A stretch of DNA of 64,000 bases, from the NCBI RefSeq assembly GCF_009914755.1, contig NC_060926.1; one strand, written 5' to 3'. The position numbers and the translations under genes were made by a program. The notes beneath the pieces are model-generated. The model was given only the letters and a program-made list of their open reading frames with translations, did no database searches and was not told the origin of the DNA. Origin of the DNA: the human T2T-CHM13v2.0 reference genome, Homo sapiens. This document shows, in pieces, positions 12,896-25,036 of this stretch (the first letter of the stretch is position 1; the number at the start of each line of letters is the position of its first letter).

Positions 12896-13579
12896 CCACA
12901 TATCCTATTTTCCAACTTTGCTTCCATCAGGGTGTCGCCTGACTTCAGGTAATTGTCCTCAGTTAGGAGGAAGGAGATGCCATGATTTGCAGTTTCCACC
13001 ACACTCCGGAATAGGAGGACAGGGATCAGTAGTTTGGCATCCTACTCTCCTACAGGGTGGTGGCCTGTGACTTTGATAACACAAGTCATGAGAAATGCAA
13101 ATTTCTACTATTTCTTAAACTACAGTCCAGAAAAATAAAAGCTCAAACAATTTTATTTATTTTTAACTATCCATAATATTTTATAACATCACATTGCAAT
13201 AAACATTGTTTTAATGAAATCATAACAATTATGATAGAAGCAACACAAATGAATCACTCTGAAAACAATTGAAAAGCATTATTCCATGAGTTAAGGAGGA
13301 TCTTGACAAAGCAAGACTCAAAATTATTTGGTTGCTTTCTGGGGAAACATGTATGAGGATGATGACTATAAAGTTATATTAACGGCACTGAGTCATTAAA
13401 GCAAAACAATTTGATTTGGTAGCAACCTAGCAGTTCCACAAGTTCTCTGTGTGTATATACACATAGTACATTATCTATGCACACAAGTGATATATATTAT
13501 ACACGGTTATCAGAGAGACACAAGAATAATAATGTATAATACCTGCATATGGCTTTGTAGAGATAGTAGAGTGAGTTCA

Positions 13580-14270
13580 CAGTAGTTAACAACATTGGCT
13601 TGGAAGTTAAAATGCCTACATAAATTTGAATCCCATCTGTGTCATTTATTAACTGTGTAATGTTAGACAAATTATTTAACTTCTCTGTATATTAATTTTC
13701 TCCTAACATAAATTATGAATATAGATAGATAGATAAATAGACAGATAGACAAGGTTTGGGTCTGTGTCCTCACCCAAATCTCATCTTGAATTGTAGCTCC
13801 CATAATTCCCACATGTTGTGGGAGGGACCAGTGGGAGATAAATGAATCATGGGGAAAGCTTCCCCCATACTGTTCTCATGGTAGTGAATAAGTCTCATGA
13901 GATCTGATGGTTTTATAAGAGGTTTCCCCTTTCACTTGGTCCTCATTTCTCTCTTGCCTGCCGCCAGTTAAGACATGGCTTTCGCCTTCTGCCATGATTG
14001 TGAGGCCTCCTCAGCCATGTGGAACTGTGAGTCCATTAAACCTCTTTTTCTTCATAAGTTGCCCAGTCCCAGGCATGTCTTTATCAGTATTGTGAAAATA
14101 AACTTATATACGTGTGTGTGTGTGTATATATATATATATAAATATGTATATAGTACTAACTTCATAGGGGGTTTTTTGACGATGAAATGAGACATGGTGA
14201 GTGGCACTTTTAGAACCAAGCTTGGTACAGAGTGGATGCTTAATAAATGATTAGCAGCTATTATCATCTT
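13580..14270 (+). mobile_element. MIR split by a THE1 LTR
   Basis: MIR core (tttgaatcccatctgtgtcatttattaactgtgtaatgttagacaaattatttaacttctctgt) resumes after about 14150 (acttcatagggg ... cttaataaatgattagc). Confidence 0.65.
13752..14110 (+). mobile_element. THE1A/B-like MaLR solo LTR
   Basis: ggtttgggtctgtgtcctcacccaaatctcatcttgaattgtagctccc ... gaactgtgagtccattaaacctc; flanked by (GATA)n and (TG)n(TA)n. Confidence 0.92.
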
Positions 14271-16045
14271 TTGTAGTTTACATTAGGTTCATGATATCCA
14301 TCTCACTTGACCATTTACTTCTGTTTTACAAAAAAAAGAACAAATTTTTTGTAGAGATTTGCCCAAAAACAAGTGATCGCTGGCAGTTTCAGGACTACCT
14401 GATGACATTTGCTCACTGTTTTAAATATATTTCTTTCAAAGGGTCAAAGAATATAGATTTACAGAGTTGGAGCTATTTCAGCAGATTTCTCCTTCTGGAC
14501 ACGATATGCTTTTCTTTAAAATAGTCACCATTCAGAACACAATTCATGTAGTTTTTCGGGAAACAGATATTGATTTTATTTTAAGGACAGTCTTTAGCAT
14601 GGAAATTGGATGCAGAGTGTGATTTTCTCTTTGGGCTCTGGTTCAGGGGAAATTGGATTTCCTAGAGCACCAGCTGCGGAGGCGCCACAGGTGTTCACGG
14701 CTCAGCAATCACAGTGGCTAATTGGGACACACGAGGACAGAAAAATGCCCTAAATCTAAATCTTGTTCTATGGCATTTTTATTTCTCCCATAAGATCAAG
14801 CCCCAAAGTCCTTCTTAAGTGGAGATGCTAAAGGAAGCTAAGCTGCTGCAGACAGAAAAGATGACACATGGTAGGGGGAGCACTGCAGGGGAGGGAAGAG
14901 CTGAGAGCGGCAGAAGGTAGCGGGACTTGGGGTTGTGTGCAACAGCTGCTGCTTTGCCGTGGCGGTGGTGCTAAGGGCCTTTCCATCTGAGTGTTTCTGA
15001 TTCTGAGTTGTAATCTGAGGGTAGGACTAGCAGAACAATTCCTGGAGTCTACAGTTGGACAAACTGCACAACAGCTACTAAAATTGAATTCAGAAAGTTG
15101 AATACAGTAACATCCAACTTTGGGGGTAGAAAGGATGGCAGGCAGATGAGTGAAAGAAAGTAGTCATCAATTTCAAGGACTGAGAGGAGGTATGCAACTT
15201 CTTAGAGAGGACCATTCTGTTCTACGTTCCATCTGATAGGGTAAGAAATAGAACCACACCCCATTCTGTCTCTCATGGACCACAGAACACAGACAGTACC
15301 CATGCTCATTTTATAAACACCAAACCTAAGCCATGGGGAGCTAAGCCCTTTGTCCTAACATGCAGCTGTACGTGACAACTGAATAGTATTCCACGTCCAT
15401 TACTTGATGCTTCCCATCTCTAAGTTTTGTATTTTTCTTCTCTCAAGTCAGCCATTTCCAGATTTATTCATCTAATAAACTAATCTTTAAAGATCCACTT
15501 TTGGGGTGATCTGCTCTTCAAAGTCCTCTTTGATTCCTCTGCTCCTAGTTAAGATCTCTTCTGGGTCCTCCTCAACAGCCTGCACAGACCTCTGTGGATT
15601 CATTGAGATGTGACTGAGTACCTAATACGGCCCAGGAAACATGTCCAGCAATGAACCGCTGGACACCAGCGTATCTTCAATCACTGAGATTAGGTGGAAC
15701 ATCCCATGCCATTGTTGACTTTCTACCTAAGAAATTACTACTAGAGAACAAAGCCTTCAAAATTACTGCTAGAGAATTAAGCCTTAAAAACAAAGCTGAG
15801 TTTTTAAGAAACTAAACAGACACAACATCTTCATCTTTGGGGAAGATTTTAGAAAACTTTATATTTGATATTCTTATGTAATTGCTCATTACTAATCATA
15901 CCAGGGTCAGAAAAACTAGGTAAAAATCTGAACTTTTTCTTTCCAAACAGAAATAAGGTCATGGTACACGCTTAAATTGCATATAGAAATTCATTACCAG
16001 AAAATATAAGAAACCCTGTTTCTGTCTCATTAAGAAACTTAGCCA

Positions 16046-17606
16046 TATGATCTACAAATTCAGTGCAATCCCTCTCAAAATCTTAAGGTCATTTTTTTTT
16101 CAAAAATAAATATATTGCAAGATTCGTAAATGTTAAGAGATCCCCAAATAGCCAAAACTATATTGAAAAAGAACATAGTTAGAAATTTCATACTTTCTGA
16201 TTTGAAAACTTACAACAAAGCTACTGTAATCAAAATAGTGTGGTACTGGCATAAAGACAGAGAAACAGACCAGTAGAACAGAATAGAGAACCCAGAAATA
16301 AATTCTTGCATATACGGTCAAATGATTTTTGACAAGGGTGCCATAACCATTTATTGGAGCAAGGACAGTCTTTTCAACACACAGAGTATACCCACATGCA
16401 AAAGAATAAAGTTATAACATTACCTTAAACCTGTAAAAAGAAAAATTAACTCCAAATGGGTTAGCAACTTAAACACAGAGGCTAAAGCTATAAAACTCTT
16501 AGAAGAAAATAGGAAGGATCAGCTTCCTGACATTGGATTTGGCAATGATTGATTGGATATGATACCCAAAGTATAGGTTAAAAAAATGTCTAAATTGGGC
16601 AACATCAAAACTTAAAACAACGAAATGTTTGTGTGTCAAGGGACACTACCAACAAAGTGAAAGGCAACCCATGAAACAGCAGAAGATATTTGCAAATCAT
16701 ATATATGATAAGGAGCTAATATCTATAATATATAAGAATTCCTACAACTCAAAAACAAATAACTGATTAAGGCAAAGGACTTAGACATTTCTCCAAAGAA
16801 GACATGCAAATGTCCCATAAACACATGGAAAGATGCTTAACACCACTAATAATGAGGGAAATGCAAATCAAAACCACAATAGGATGCCACTTCACATCCA
16901 TCAGGATATCTATTATTTTTAAAAAAGAAAACCACAGGAAAGAGTTAAGTGTTGGCCTGGATATGGAGAAATTGGAATCCTTGTGAACTGTGGCGATAAT
17001 GCACCACTTTATGGTGCAGCCACTATTGAAAAGAGTGGCATTTCCTGAACAAATTAAAAATAAAATATGATCTACATGATCCAGCAATTCCACTTCTGGG
17101 TTGATGCTCAGGAAATGTGAAATCAGGGACTCAGATATATATTTCTACACTCAAGCTAATAGGAGCATAATTCACAGTAGCTGAAAGGTGGAGGCAGCAC
17201 ACGTGTCCACTGACAGATGTACAGTGGACTATTATTCAGCCTTAGAAAGGAAGGATGCTCTGACCCATTCTACGACATGGCTGGATGTTGAGGGCATTAT
17301 GCTAAGTGAAAGAGAGCAGTCACAAAAGAACAGATACCGTACAATGCCACTCACATGAGGTAAGACTAGTGGTCATATTCACAGAGAGAGAAAGCAGAAT
17401 GCTGGGACCCAGAGAGTGTGGGGGAGGCCTGGGGAGGTAGTGTTTAACGGGGACAGGGTTTCAGTTAGGGAACGAAAAAGTTCTGAAGACGGCAGGTGGT
17501 GACCATTGCACCACTATGTGAATACACTTGATATCACTAATTGCACATTTGAAAACTGTAAAAATGGTAAATTTCATGTTATATGTATTTTACAATTATT
17601 TTGAAA
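16046..17606 (+). mobile_element. L1MB-like 3' portion (decayed ORF2 end plus 3'UTR)
   Basis: ORF2 C-terminal remnant (16804..16986, ...[11 protein letters not shown]...) followed by an L1M 3'UTR ending aaaatggtaaatttcatgttatatgtattttac. Confidence 0.9.
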
Positions 17607-18144
17607 ACAAAAGGCCATAACCTGAAGTTTTTCAAGAAGCATGACTCCCAGAGCCCACAGTGGCAGCAAGGGACGTTTGTCAACAGTAACTGACAGAAAC
17701 CTACAGGAACCCTAGGCAATGCAAAACAGGCCCTAATTAATGACCTTCTTAATTTCCTCAAATATAAAATATCCCAAAATAGAACTAATAATGGACACAG
17801 GGATCTGATTTTAAAGGGGCTTTGTACAAGGGAGCTTCTCTATGACTGCTGAAAGGTGAACCAGGCCTATTAGTATGCTTATCAATTCTTCTTTTGGGTG
17901 ATGTTATAACTAGATAACAGAAGGCTACTTGAGTCTATGTTTACCAAGAGATTACACATTCTGACTTTATATTGAATTGTTTATTAAAAGCAAGAGGTGT
18001 TGTATTCTTTATCAAATAAAATGCTGCTTCATTCACAAACCTATATTTATGCCTTTTCAAAGTAACATATTTTAAGGTAAATATGCAAAACACCTGTCTG
18101 CATGTAAAGCTTAAAATATTAATACCACATAGAGTTCCTCACCT

Positions 18145-18168
18145 TTAGGTGGCTCCTCGGATATCCAT
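18145..18168 (-). promoter_or_regulatory. uORF in the 5'UTR exon, MDIRGAT*
   Basis: - strand ATG GAT ATC CGA GGA GCC ACC TAA, entirely exonic, G at +4. Translation not shown. Confidence 0.65.
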
Positions 18169-18252
18169 ACGTCTGTGAGACCAACTGGAACCTTTCTTGA
18201 TGGAATTTTGTTGATAGCTTGAAAGATGCAAACACTTGATTGAATTCAATAA

Positions 18253-18258
18253 CTACAT
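18253..18258 (-). promoter_or_regulatory. Start-stop uORF (AUG-UAG)
   Basis: - strand aaaaaaATGTAG with A at -3, inside the exon. Confidence 0.6.
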
Positions 18259-18419
18259 TTTTTTCTTCTTCCACCAGATGTGGCCACTCTAGAGAAGAAC
18301 AAAAAGGCAGAATAATGAGGCTGATATTCACAGTAAAAGCAAAACTCTACTTGAGGGACGTGATTGTCAGGTCTTTAATGCATCTGCTGCAAGTAGGCAA
18401 TGAGGCCACGCTGGGTGCA

Positions 18420-19170
18420 CAGACACATGGAGATGATGAGACATACAGAGATGAGATGCATGGGGATGATGACACAAATGGAGATGAGACACATGGAGAT
18501 GATGAGATGCATGGACATGAAACACTAGGAGATGAGACACATGGAGATGAAATACACAGAGACCATAAGACACATGGGGATGATGAAGCACATGGAGATG
18601 AAACACTCAGAGGTGAGATCATAGAGACGCATGGGGATGATGAGACATATGGAGACACATGGAGATAATGAGACACAGAGATGAGATCCATGGGGATGAT
18701 AAGACACGTGGAGATGAGACAGATGCAGATGAAACACACGGAGATGAGACACATGGAGATGAGACACAAGAGATGATAAGACACATGGAGATGGAACACA
18801 CAGAGATGATGAGAGATACGGAGATGAGGTGCATGGAGGTGAGAAGCATAAAGATGATGAGACACATGGATATGATGAGATGTATGGAGATGACAAGACA
18901 CATCATGAGCACATGGAGATGAGATACATGGAAATGAGATGCATGAAGATGAGACACAAGAGATGATGAGACACATGGAGATGGAACACACAGAGATGAT
19001 GAGAGGTATGGAGATGAGGTGCATGGAGGTGAGAAGCATGAAGATGAGACACATGGAGATGGTGAGATGCATGGAGATTATGAACACATGGAGATGAGAT
19101 ACATGGAAATGAGATGCATGGAGATGAGACACAAGAGATGATGAGATGCATGGAGATAAGATGAGAGGGA
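18420..19170. repeat. Degenerate 15/18-bp minisatellite (GGAGAT[GAT]GAGACACAT)n with ~175-190-bp higher-order blocks
   Basis: Recurring ggagatgagacacat; the marker gagacacaagagatga recurs at 18761, 18951 and 19126. Confidence 0.95.
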
Positions 19171-20656
19171 TGGTGGTGACAACAACCTCGTATCACACCC
19201 AATTAATTTCCAATAAATCATTCCTTATAGAAAAACCTTTTAAGAAAATTAATGAAATTACTCTTTGTAATATAAAAAATACACAAAACTATATTCTTAT
19301 AAAACTAAGGGAAAGAGTCATTTTTATGATTGAGTCTACAAAGTATTAAGACTACAAAATGTGTAGAAACAAATTACAGAAGCATACGGGATGTATCTGC
19401 ACATGTATTTCATAGCTTATATCATCAGCGGGTTGTCATGTGTGTTTGTATTTTTGTCCTTCTCAGTTCAAAGGATAGCAAATAAGTTGTGATTTCCACA
19501 TAAAAGATTTTACAAGAGCATGTTATTAATTAAAAAGCAAAACAAAATGCAACATCTTGGGTAATAATTTAAAATTTTTTATTTGTTATAGCTATAAAGC
19601 AACATCCAAATAGTGTTTAAAATGGGGCTTATGCATAAACTTCTGTGATTAATGTTTATATAGTAGGCACAGTTATTTCCAACACATTCTGAGCTATTAC
19701 TTACTAAATTGACTAAGAAAGGTTGGAATGGTATTCGACATAGTGGTTTTATAAAAATGCAAGTTAATTCTCACCATTTGAAAGACAAAAAATAGACAAA
19801 TTTAAATAAATCTTATAAACAAACCAACATAAAGCAAAACAAGTGATTGAGAAATAGTAGGATTGGACATTAATAATCAAAGCCACTCTAATATATTGCC
19901 AGTACTATGCTTAAAACAATCATAATATTTTGCTTTCATAAAATATTATTACGTTAATTTACACAATGACTTACTCTACTGGTAATCCTAAAAATTCATC
20001 TCTATCACTTTAAGCTTGTTAGCATGTTCTATAGATTCATCGTGTTGTCCATCGTTGTTTTGGGAAAAGTGTTTTTTCTATTCTTCAGTGTTCACAAAAG
20101 GTAACAAGGAGGAAGACCTGGAGACCATCAGGCCATTCCTGTGGGAGCAGCCGCAGTCCCAGTGCCTCAACGGCAGATATGACTGATCATTGTCAGGAGA
20201 GGGACAGGTTTTTCATTAAAGTGATAAGTATCTACAAAACAGAATTTTGTGGACAAAATGAAAGGTTTTATTTGGAGCGTGCTCTGTTCTCCAGGCGCAC
20301 ATTCACAAATCATGGAGTCAGGAGTGCCCTTCCCATTCCCAGGTGAAACAGCAAAGCACCTTCAGCCTCTCATCAGGGCTGCTTGTCCAAATACTCCAGT
20401 TTGGGTGCTCCTGGCTCCTTTCCTGGGTCCCTCAGGCTCTCCAGGCGTGAGGACACACCCTCACAAACATGAGAACCCCTCTTGGAGGAAGGGGAGTTAG
20501 AGTAATTGCTGGAGGTGAGACTACCTTTGTTCCAAGATGCATTCCCGTCTGGGAGTAATTTATGAGATGTAGATTTAAAAGCCACTGACAAATGAACTAT
20601 AGGCTAAATGCCCTTGCAGGGTATATGATGCTGCTGCTTACTAAATGTGTGTGCAC

Positions 20657-20685
20657 ATCCATCCGTCCATCCATCCATCCATCCA
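20657..20685. repeat. (TCCA)n microsatellite
   Basis: atccatccgtccatccatccatccatcca. Confidence 0.85.
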
Positions 20686-21099
20686 ACTACAGTGTGCTTT
20701 TAACAATAGGTCCTCACTAGGTAAAGATTCACAGAACAATTAGGTAAGGAGTGAGTGAGTCAGTGACCTCCTTTTCCCAGTTCTTCAGGTGCGGTAGGAA
20801 GGAATATGCACCCACGGTTCTGGCTGCTCACAGTTCCCTGTCACAGATGCTGCTTGTGATCACTGGTAATGGAATTCCCAGGATGAACTCTTAAACGGCA
20901 TGTTTAGCAGGCAGCTTAGCTGCAAAACAAAAATAACAGCAGCCAGGCGGAAGCTCCTTGGGGCTCTCAGTCACACTCTGTTCTCAGCCAAAGTTTTGCT
21001 GGCCTTTCTCCTCATCCACCCTTCCTCTAATCTCCCAAATGAGAATGAGTGGGTTTTTCTTTACGGCATTTGTCATTATCTGGGATTATATCACACAGA

Positions 21100-22620
21100 T
21101 TTTGGTTTTAAACTGTTTTGAGGTAACTGTAGATTCACATGCAGCTGGAAGAAAGAATACAGAGATCCCATGCACCCGTCTCAGTGTCCGCCAATGACAA
21201 CATTTTGCAGAACCATAGCACATACAGGCAGAACGACATTGATTCCTCCCACCGATGTCCAGATTTCCTACTTCTCTTGTGTTCATATATGTGCATGCGA
21301 TTTTAGCACCAGTGTAGGTTTCTGTGTCTATGACCACAGTCAACATGCAGATAACTATCACCGAAGGAGCAAGAGTTCCTCTGTGTCCTTTTATAGCCCC
21401 GCCCACATCCTGCCCTTTCATCACCAAGTCCACCCTCTTCCCTTTCATAGCCACGCCCAGCCTTTTCCTGTTCATCACCACGCCCACTCCCTGCCCTTTC
21501 ACAGCCACGCCCAGCCTCTTCCTGTTCATCACCAAGTTCACTCCTTTCCCTTTCATAGCCACACTCACCCTTTTCCTGTTCAGAGCCACGCCCATCCTTT
21601 TCCTTTCATAACCATGACCACCCCATTGTCTTTCATTGCCACGTCCATCCCCCTTCCAATTAATAGCCACGCCCACTTCTGCCCTGCACATAGCCACCCC
21701 CACCATCTTTTTTCATAACCAAGCCCAGCCTCTTTCCTTTCAGAGCCACACCCATATTCCTTCCCTTTCAGAGCCAACTCTCCTACCCTGAACTCCTGGC
21801 AACCACTCATCAGTGTTTCCTGTCGTTTTGTTATTTCAAGAACGTTCTATAAATGAAGTCATACACTGTGCAAACCTTGCAGATTGGCTTTTCTTATTCA
21901 GCATAATTCTCTGGAGCTTCCATCTGGGTTGTATCAATAGTTTATTCTTTCTAATGGCTGAGTAGTATTCCATGGCATGGCTGTACACAGTTTAACTCTT
22001 CATGCTCTGGAGGCCATCTGGGCTATTTCCAGTTTTTGGCTACCATGAATAAAGCTTCTGTAAAGATGTGTGTGCAGGTTTTACTGTGAATGTACATTTC
22101 CATCTCTCTGGGATTAATGCCTGAGAGTGGGATAGCTGGGTCATACGGCAATTACATGGCTAGCTTTAAAAGAAAACGCCAAACTGGTGTGAGTGGCTAT
22201 ACCATTTCACTTTGCCTCGATCAATGTACCAGTGATTCAGTTTCTCATTGTCTTAGTCAAAATTTGGTGTTTTCTCTGTGTTTTATGTCACTCATTCTAG
22301 GTATGTAGTGACAGCTCATCATGGTTTTAACTGGCATTTGCCTAATAGTTGATGGAATTAAATATCTTTTCATGTACATTTAAATTTCATCTTTAGTGAA
22401 CTATCTGCCCATGTCTTTTGCCCATTTTCTTACTACATTGTTTTAAATCGTTGAATTTGAGATTTCATTGTATATTCTAGATACTAGTTCTTTGATGAAT
22501 ATTTGATTTCTAAGTATTTTTGCTACCTTGTTGCTTGTCTTTTCGTTGTCTTAACAGAGTGTTTTGTAGAGCAAAAGTTTTAATTTTAGTGACATCCAAT
22601 TCATCAATTTTCCCTTGTGG
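21100..22620 (-). mobile_element. Old L1 (L1MC/MD-like) 3' portion, antisense
   Basis: ttttgaggtaactgtagattcacatgcag ... ggctgagtagtattccatgg ... tttgcccattttct ... agcaaaagtttttaattttagtgacatccaattcatc. Confidence 0.85.
21390..21790. repeat. Degenerate ~27-bp tandem repeat inside the L1
   Basis: Units like ttcatagccacgcccagccttttcctg alternating with ttcatcaccaagtccaccctcttccct. Confidence 0.85.
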
Positions 22621-23514
22621 ATTATGTGTGTGTATATACCTGTTTATGCATTCATGTTCTGTCTTTCCCCACGGAAAAGCTACATTCCATTATGGTAGAC
22701 ACTTTGCTATCTAACTTATTTGTAAATCACAAGAGTCTAGAATTGTGCCTGGCACACACTAATGATCAACAAATTTATGCTGAATGAATAAATAAATGAA
22801 TAAACACTAATTTATTAGGTAAAAACATTTTAAGTAAGTCTTTTTTCTAACACTGGGGAATGATAACAGTAGTAAAAGTGGCATATTAACATTCTGCAAA
22901 ATGATTTTAAATCCATTATTCTCTTGGGTTTTCATCATCCCCTGTGGGGAGGACAGTTCAGGTATGATTCTCTTACTTCAGAGATGAGCCCAGGGATGTG
23001 AGGCTCCTTCTCAGTGACATCTGTGTCTTGTTTCCACTCTAGTATGTTTCTGCCCAGGATTCCCTCAATATTTAGAAGCGATTGAGGATGATTAAAGAAA
23101 GTGTTCATTCATATGGGGGCAACAAAACTATAGATCTTACTACCTTCAAGTGGAATATGAATTGAAACCATACCTAAGTGTGACTGCAGTTTATATAAAC
23201 TCAAGGACAATTGGGTCATGTCTGCTGTTTGAGAGAAGGAAGAATTCACTCAGTCTTATAGACACAGTGGTCTTGTTATTCCTCAAAAGGTCTGCGTGTC
23301 ACCCACACTGGCGGGAACTGAATGGCCGTTCCCATTTCTCTGAACAAAGGGTGCCTGGCTGAGTGGGCCTGCAGTGGCCATAGCATCCCAGCTTCTTACT
23401 CTGGGTGAGGGCATCAACGGGGTCGCAACTGCTTTTCGCAGGATTGTTTTATTATTTCCAGTGACTTTCCATGAAAGCACATGCCATCTTGTCCCATGCA
23501 ACACAAAACATGCA

Positions 23515-23608
23515 GGGCACCGCAGTAAGCACCCGACGGTCTCGTGGCACCATAGTAAGCACCCGGCGGCGGTCTCACAGCACCGCAGGAAGCACCCAAT
23601 GGTCTCAC
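23515..23608. repeat. Short CpG-rich tandem repeat, about 3 x 30 bp
   Basis: gcaccgcagtaagcacccgacggtctc / gcaccatagtaagcacccggcggcggtctc / gcaccgcaggaagcacccaatggtctc. Confidence 0.8.
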
Positions 23609-24789
23609 TTTCCGTTTGTGTTGATGAGCAGAGCCCCCTGGAACCAGGTGCATTGCCCAGTGCTGGCGGCACTTCATCCCCACTGAGGGTGGACATGCAT
23701 GCAGTGAGTTCTCCACACAGTCCCTGCCAAAGGCCTTGCACCAAAGCACAAACGGACGCAGGACTGCAGTTCGGCAGGGGGCACACAATGCATGGGTGAC
23801 ATTTCTATGAAAAATTTCTCTCTGAAAGTCCTTAATTATGTCTGCGTCGTAGGCTCTTCACCTTTCAGAATCATCGCAGTTAAAAAAAGAAAGAATAAGG
23901 AAAGGCCTCAGTACAGAGAAAAATTGTTCTATAGATAAATAATTATAAACGGATGACTGTCACTGAAAATGTGGTGGGTTTCCTAGAAAGAGTTTTGTAG
24001 GAAGCTTTGGAGGCTGCAACACATCTTGTGTTATGGTTTTCTCTTGACTCTGTCAGAGAATTTAGCATACCATGCTGTAACTGTAGATCTCCTAAGCGGC
24101 ACCCCAACCCCACCACGAGCTCGTCAGGGCAGGGGACAGAGCCCATTAGATTCTAAACCCCAGAACTGGGCCCACTGCAGACATAGAGCATGTGTGGAAC
24201 TGAAGTTTGCTCAATTTCATGAGTGAACCAAAGACGAACTAAACTAACAAACTTCTATCTGTCATCTCATGGCCAGCCACAACACCTGGGCACATCAGAT
24301 AGCGTGGCAGCAAGGAAGGACTGCAGCTTCAGGGGTGACACTCCCTGCTCTTCAGTTTGGGACTGTAGGGTCCCTTTCACAGGAACTTAGGCCATTTCCT
24401 CATTTTCACATCGTATAGAACAAATAAGTGATTGTACAAACTCAGTTGTAGATCAATGAATTATTCATAGCTGTATTATAAAATTCATTTTAACTTTGTC
24501 ATTATTAATATTCATGATATATGAAAAAGATTTTTACTTTCCCCCTTTAACAAGGGTACTTGCTGTTTAATTTATTTTGAGTTAATTATGTAGTGAATAA
24601 AAAATCATTATTTGTCCAAAAATTCAAGAATGATCTATTACTTTATGTTTAGTTATTTAGACAGATTATATATTAAGAGACAGACTGAAATTTAATGATA
24701 TATCCTGTAATGAAAAGTAGGCATAAAATGACATTCTGTTTGAAAGTTTTGCATTTGAGGCTAAAGAAAGCCAAACTTGTTTATTCACT

Positions 24790-25036
24790 TTTTCTCTCCT
24801 TTCTTCTCTCGCTGTCTCTCTCCCTGTCTCCCTCCCCTCCCCTCCCCTCCCCTCCTCTCTGCCCTTCTCTTCCCTTCCCTCCCCCCTCCCTTCCTTTTCC
24901 CTCCCTCCCATCTTTGCCCACTTCCTCTCTCCCTCCCTCTCTATTCTTCCTTTCCTTTCCTTTCCTTTCCTCTTCTCTCTCTCTCTTTCCCTCTCTCTCT
25001 CTCTCTTTCCCTCTCTCTCTCTCCTTCCTTTTTTTT
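24790..25036. repeat. Compound polypyrimidine microsatellite (CCCCT, TTTCC, CT)
   Basis: About 245 bp almost entirely C/T on the + strand. Confidence 0.95.

Larger units (their letters stand above)
18143..18288 (-). other. MYT1L: MYT1L 5'UTR exon, 146 nt (recalled as exon 4, about c.-303 to c.-158)
   Basis: - strand acceptor ctgcctttttgttcttctctAG|agtggccac with a CTCAT branch-point candidate (A at 18316, 28 nt upstream). Donor cctaaag|GTGAGG at 18142. Length and position match my recollection of the RefSeq structure. Confidence 0.88.

Noticed and set aside
18095-19170. RBFOX UGCAUG sites around the exon
   Set aside because: TGCATG occurs on the + strand; the MYT1L pre-mRNA reads CAUGCA.
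18240-19202. Long low-complexity ORFs (261 aa; HGDDET repeats)
   Set aside because: Stop-poor frames produced by the 15/18-bp minisatellite.
21086-21718. 206-aa and His/Pro-rich 182-aa ORFs
   Set aside because: By-products of the 27-bp repeat inside an L1 relic.
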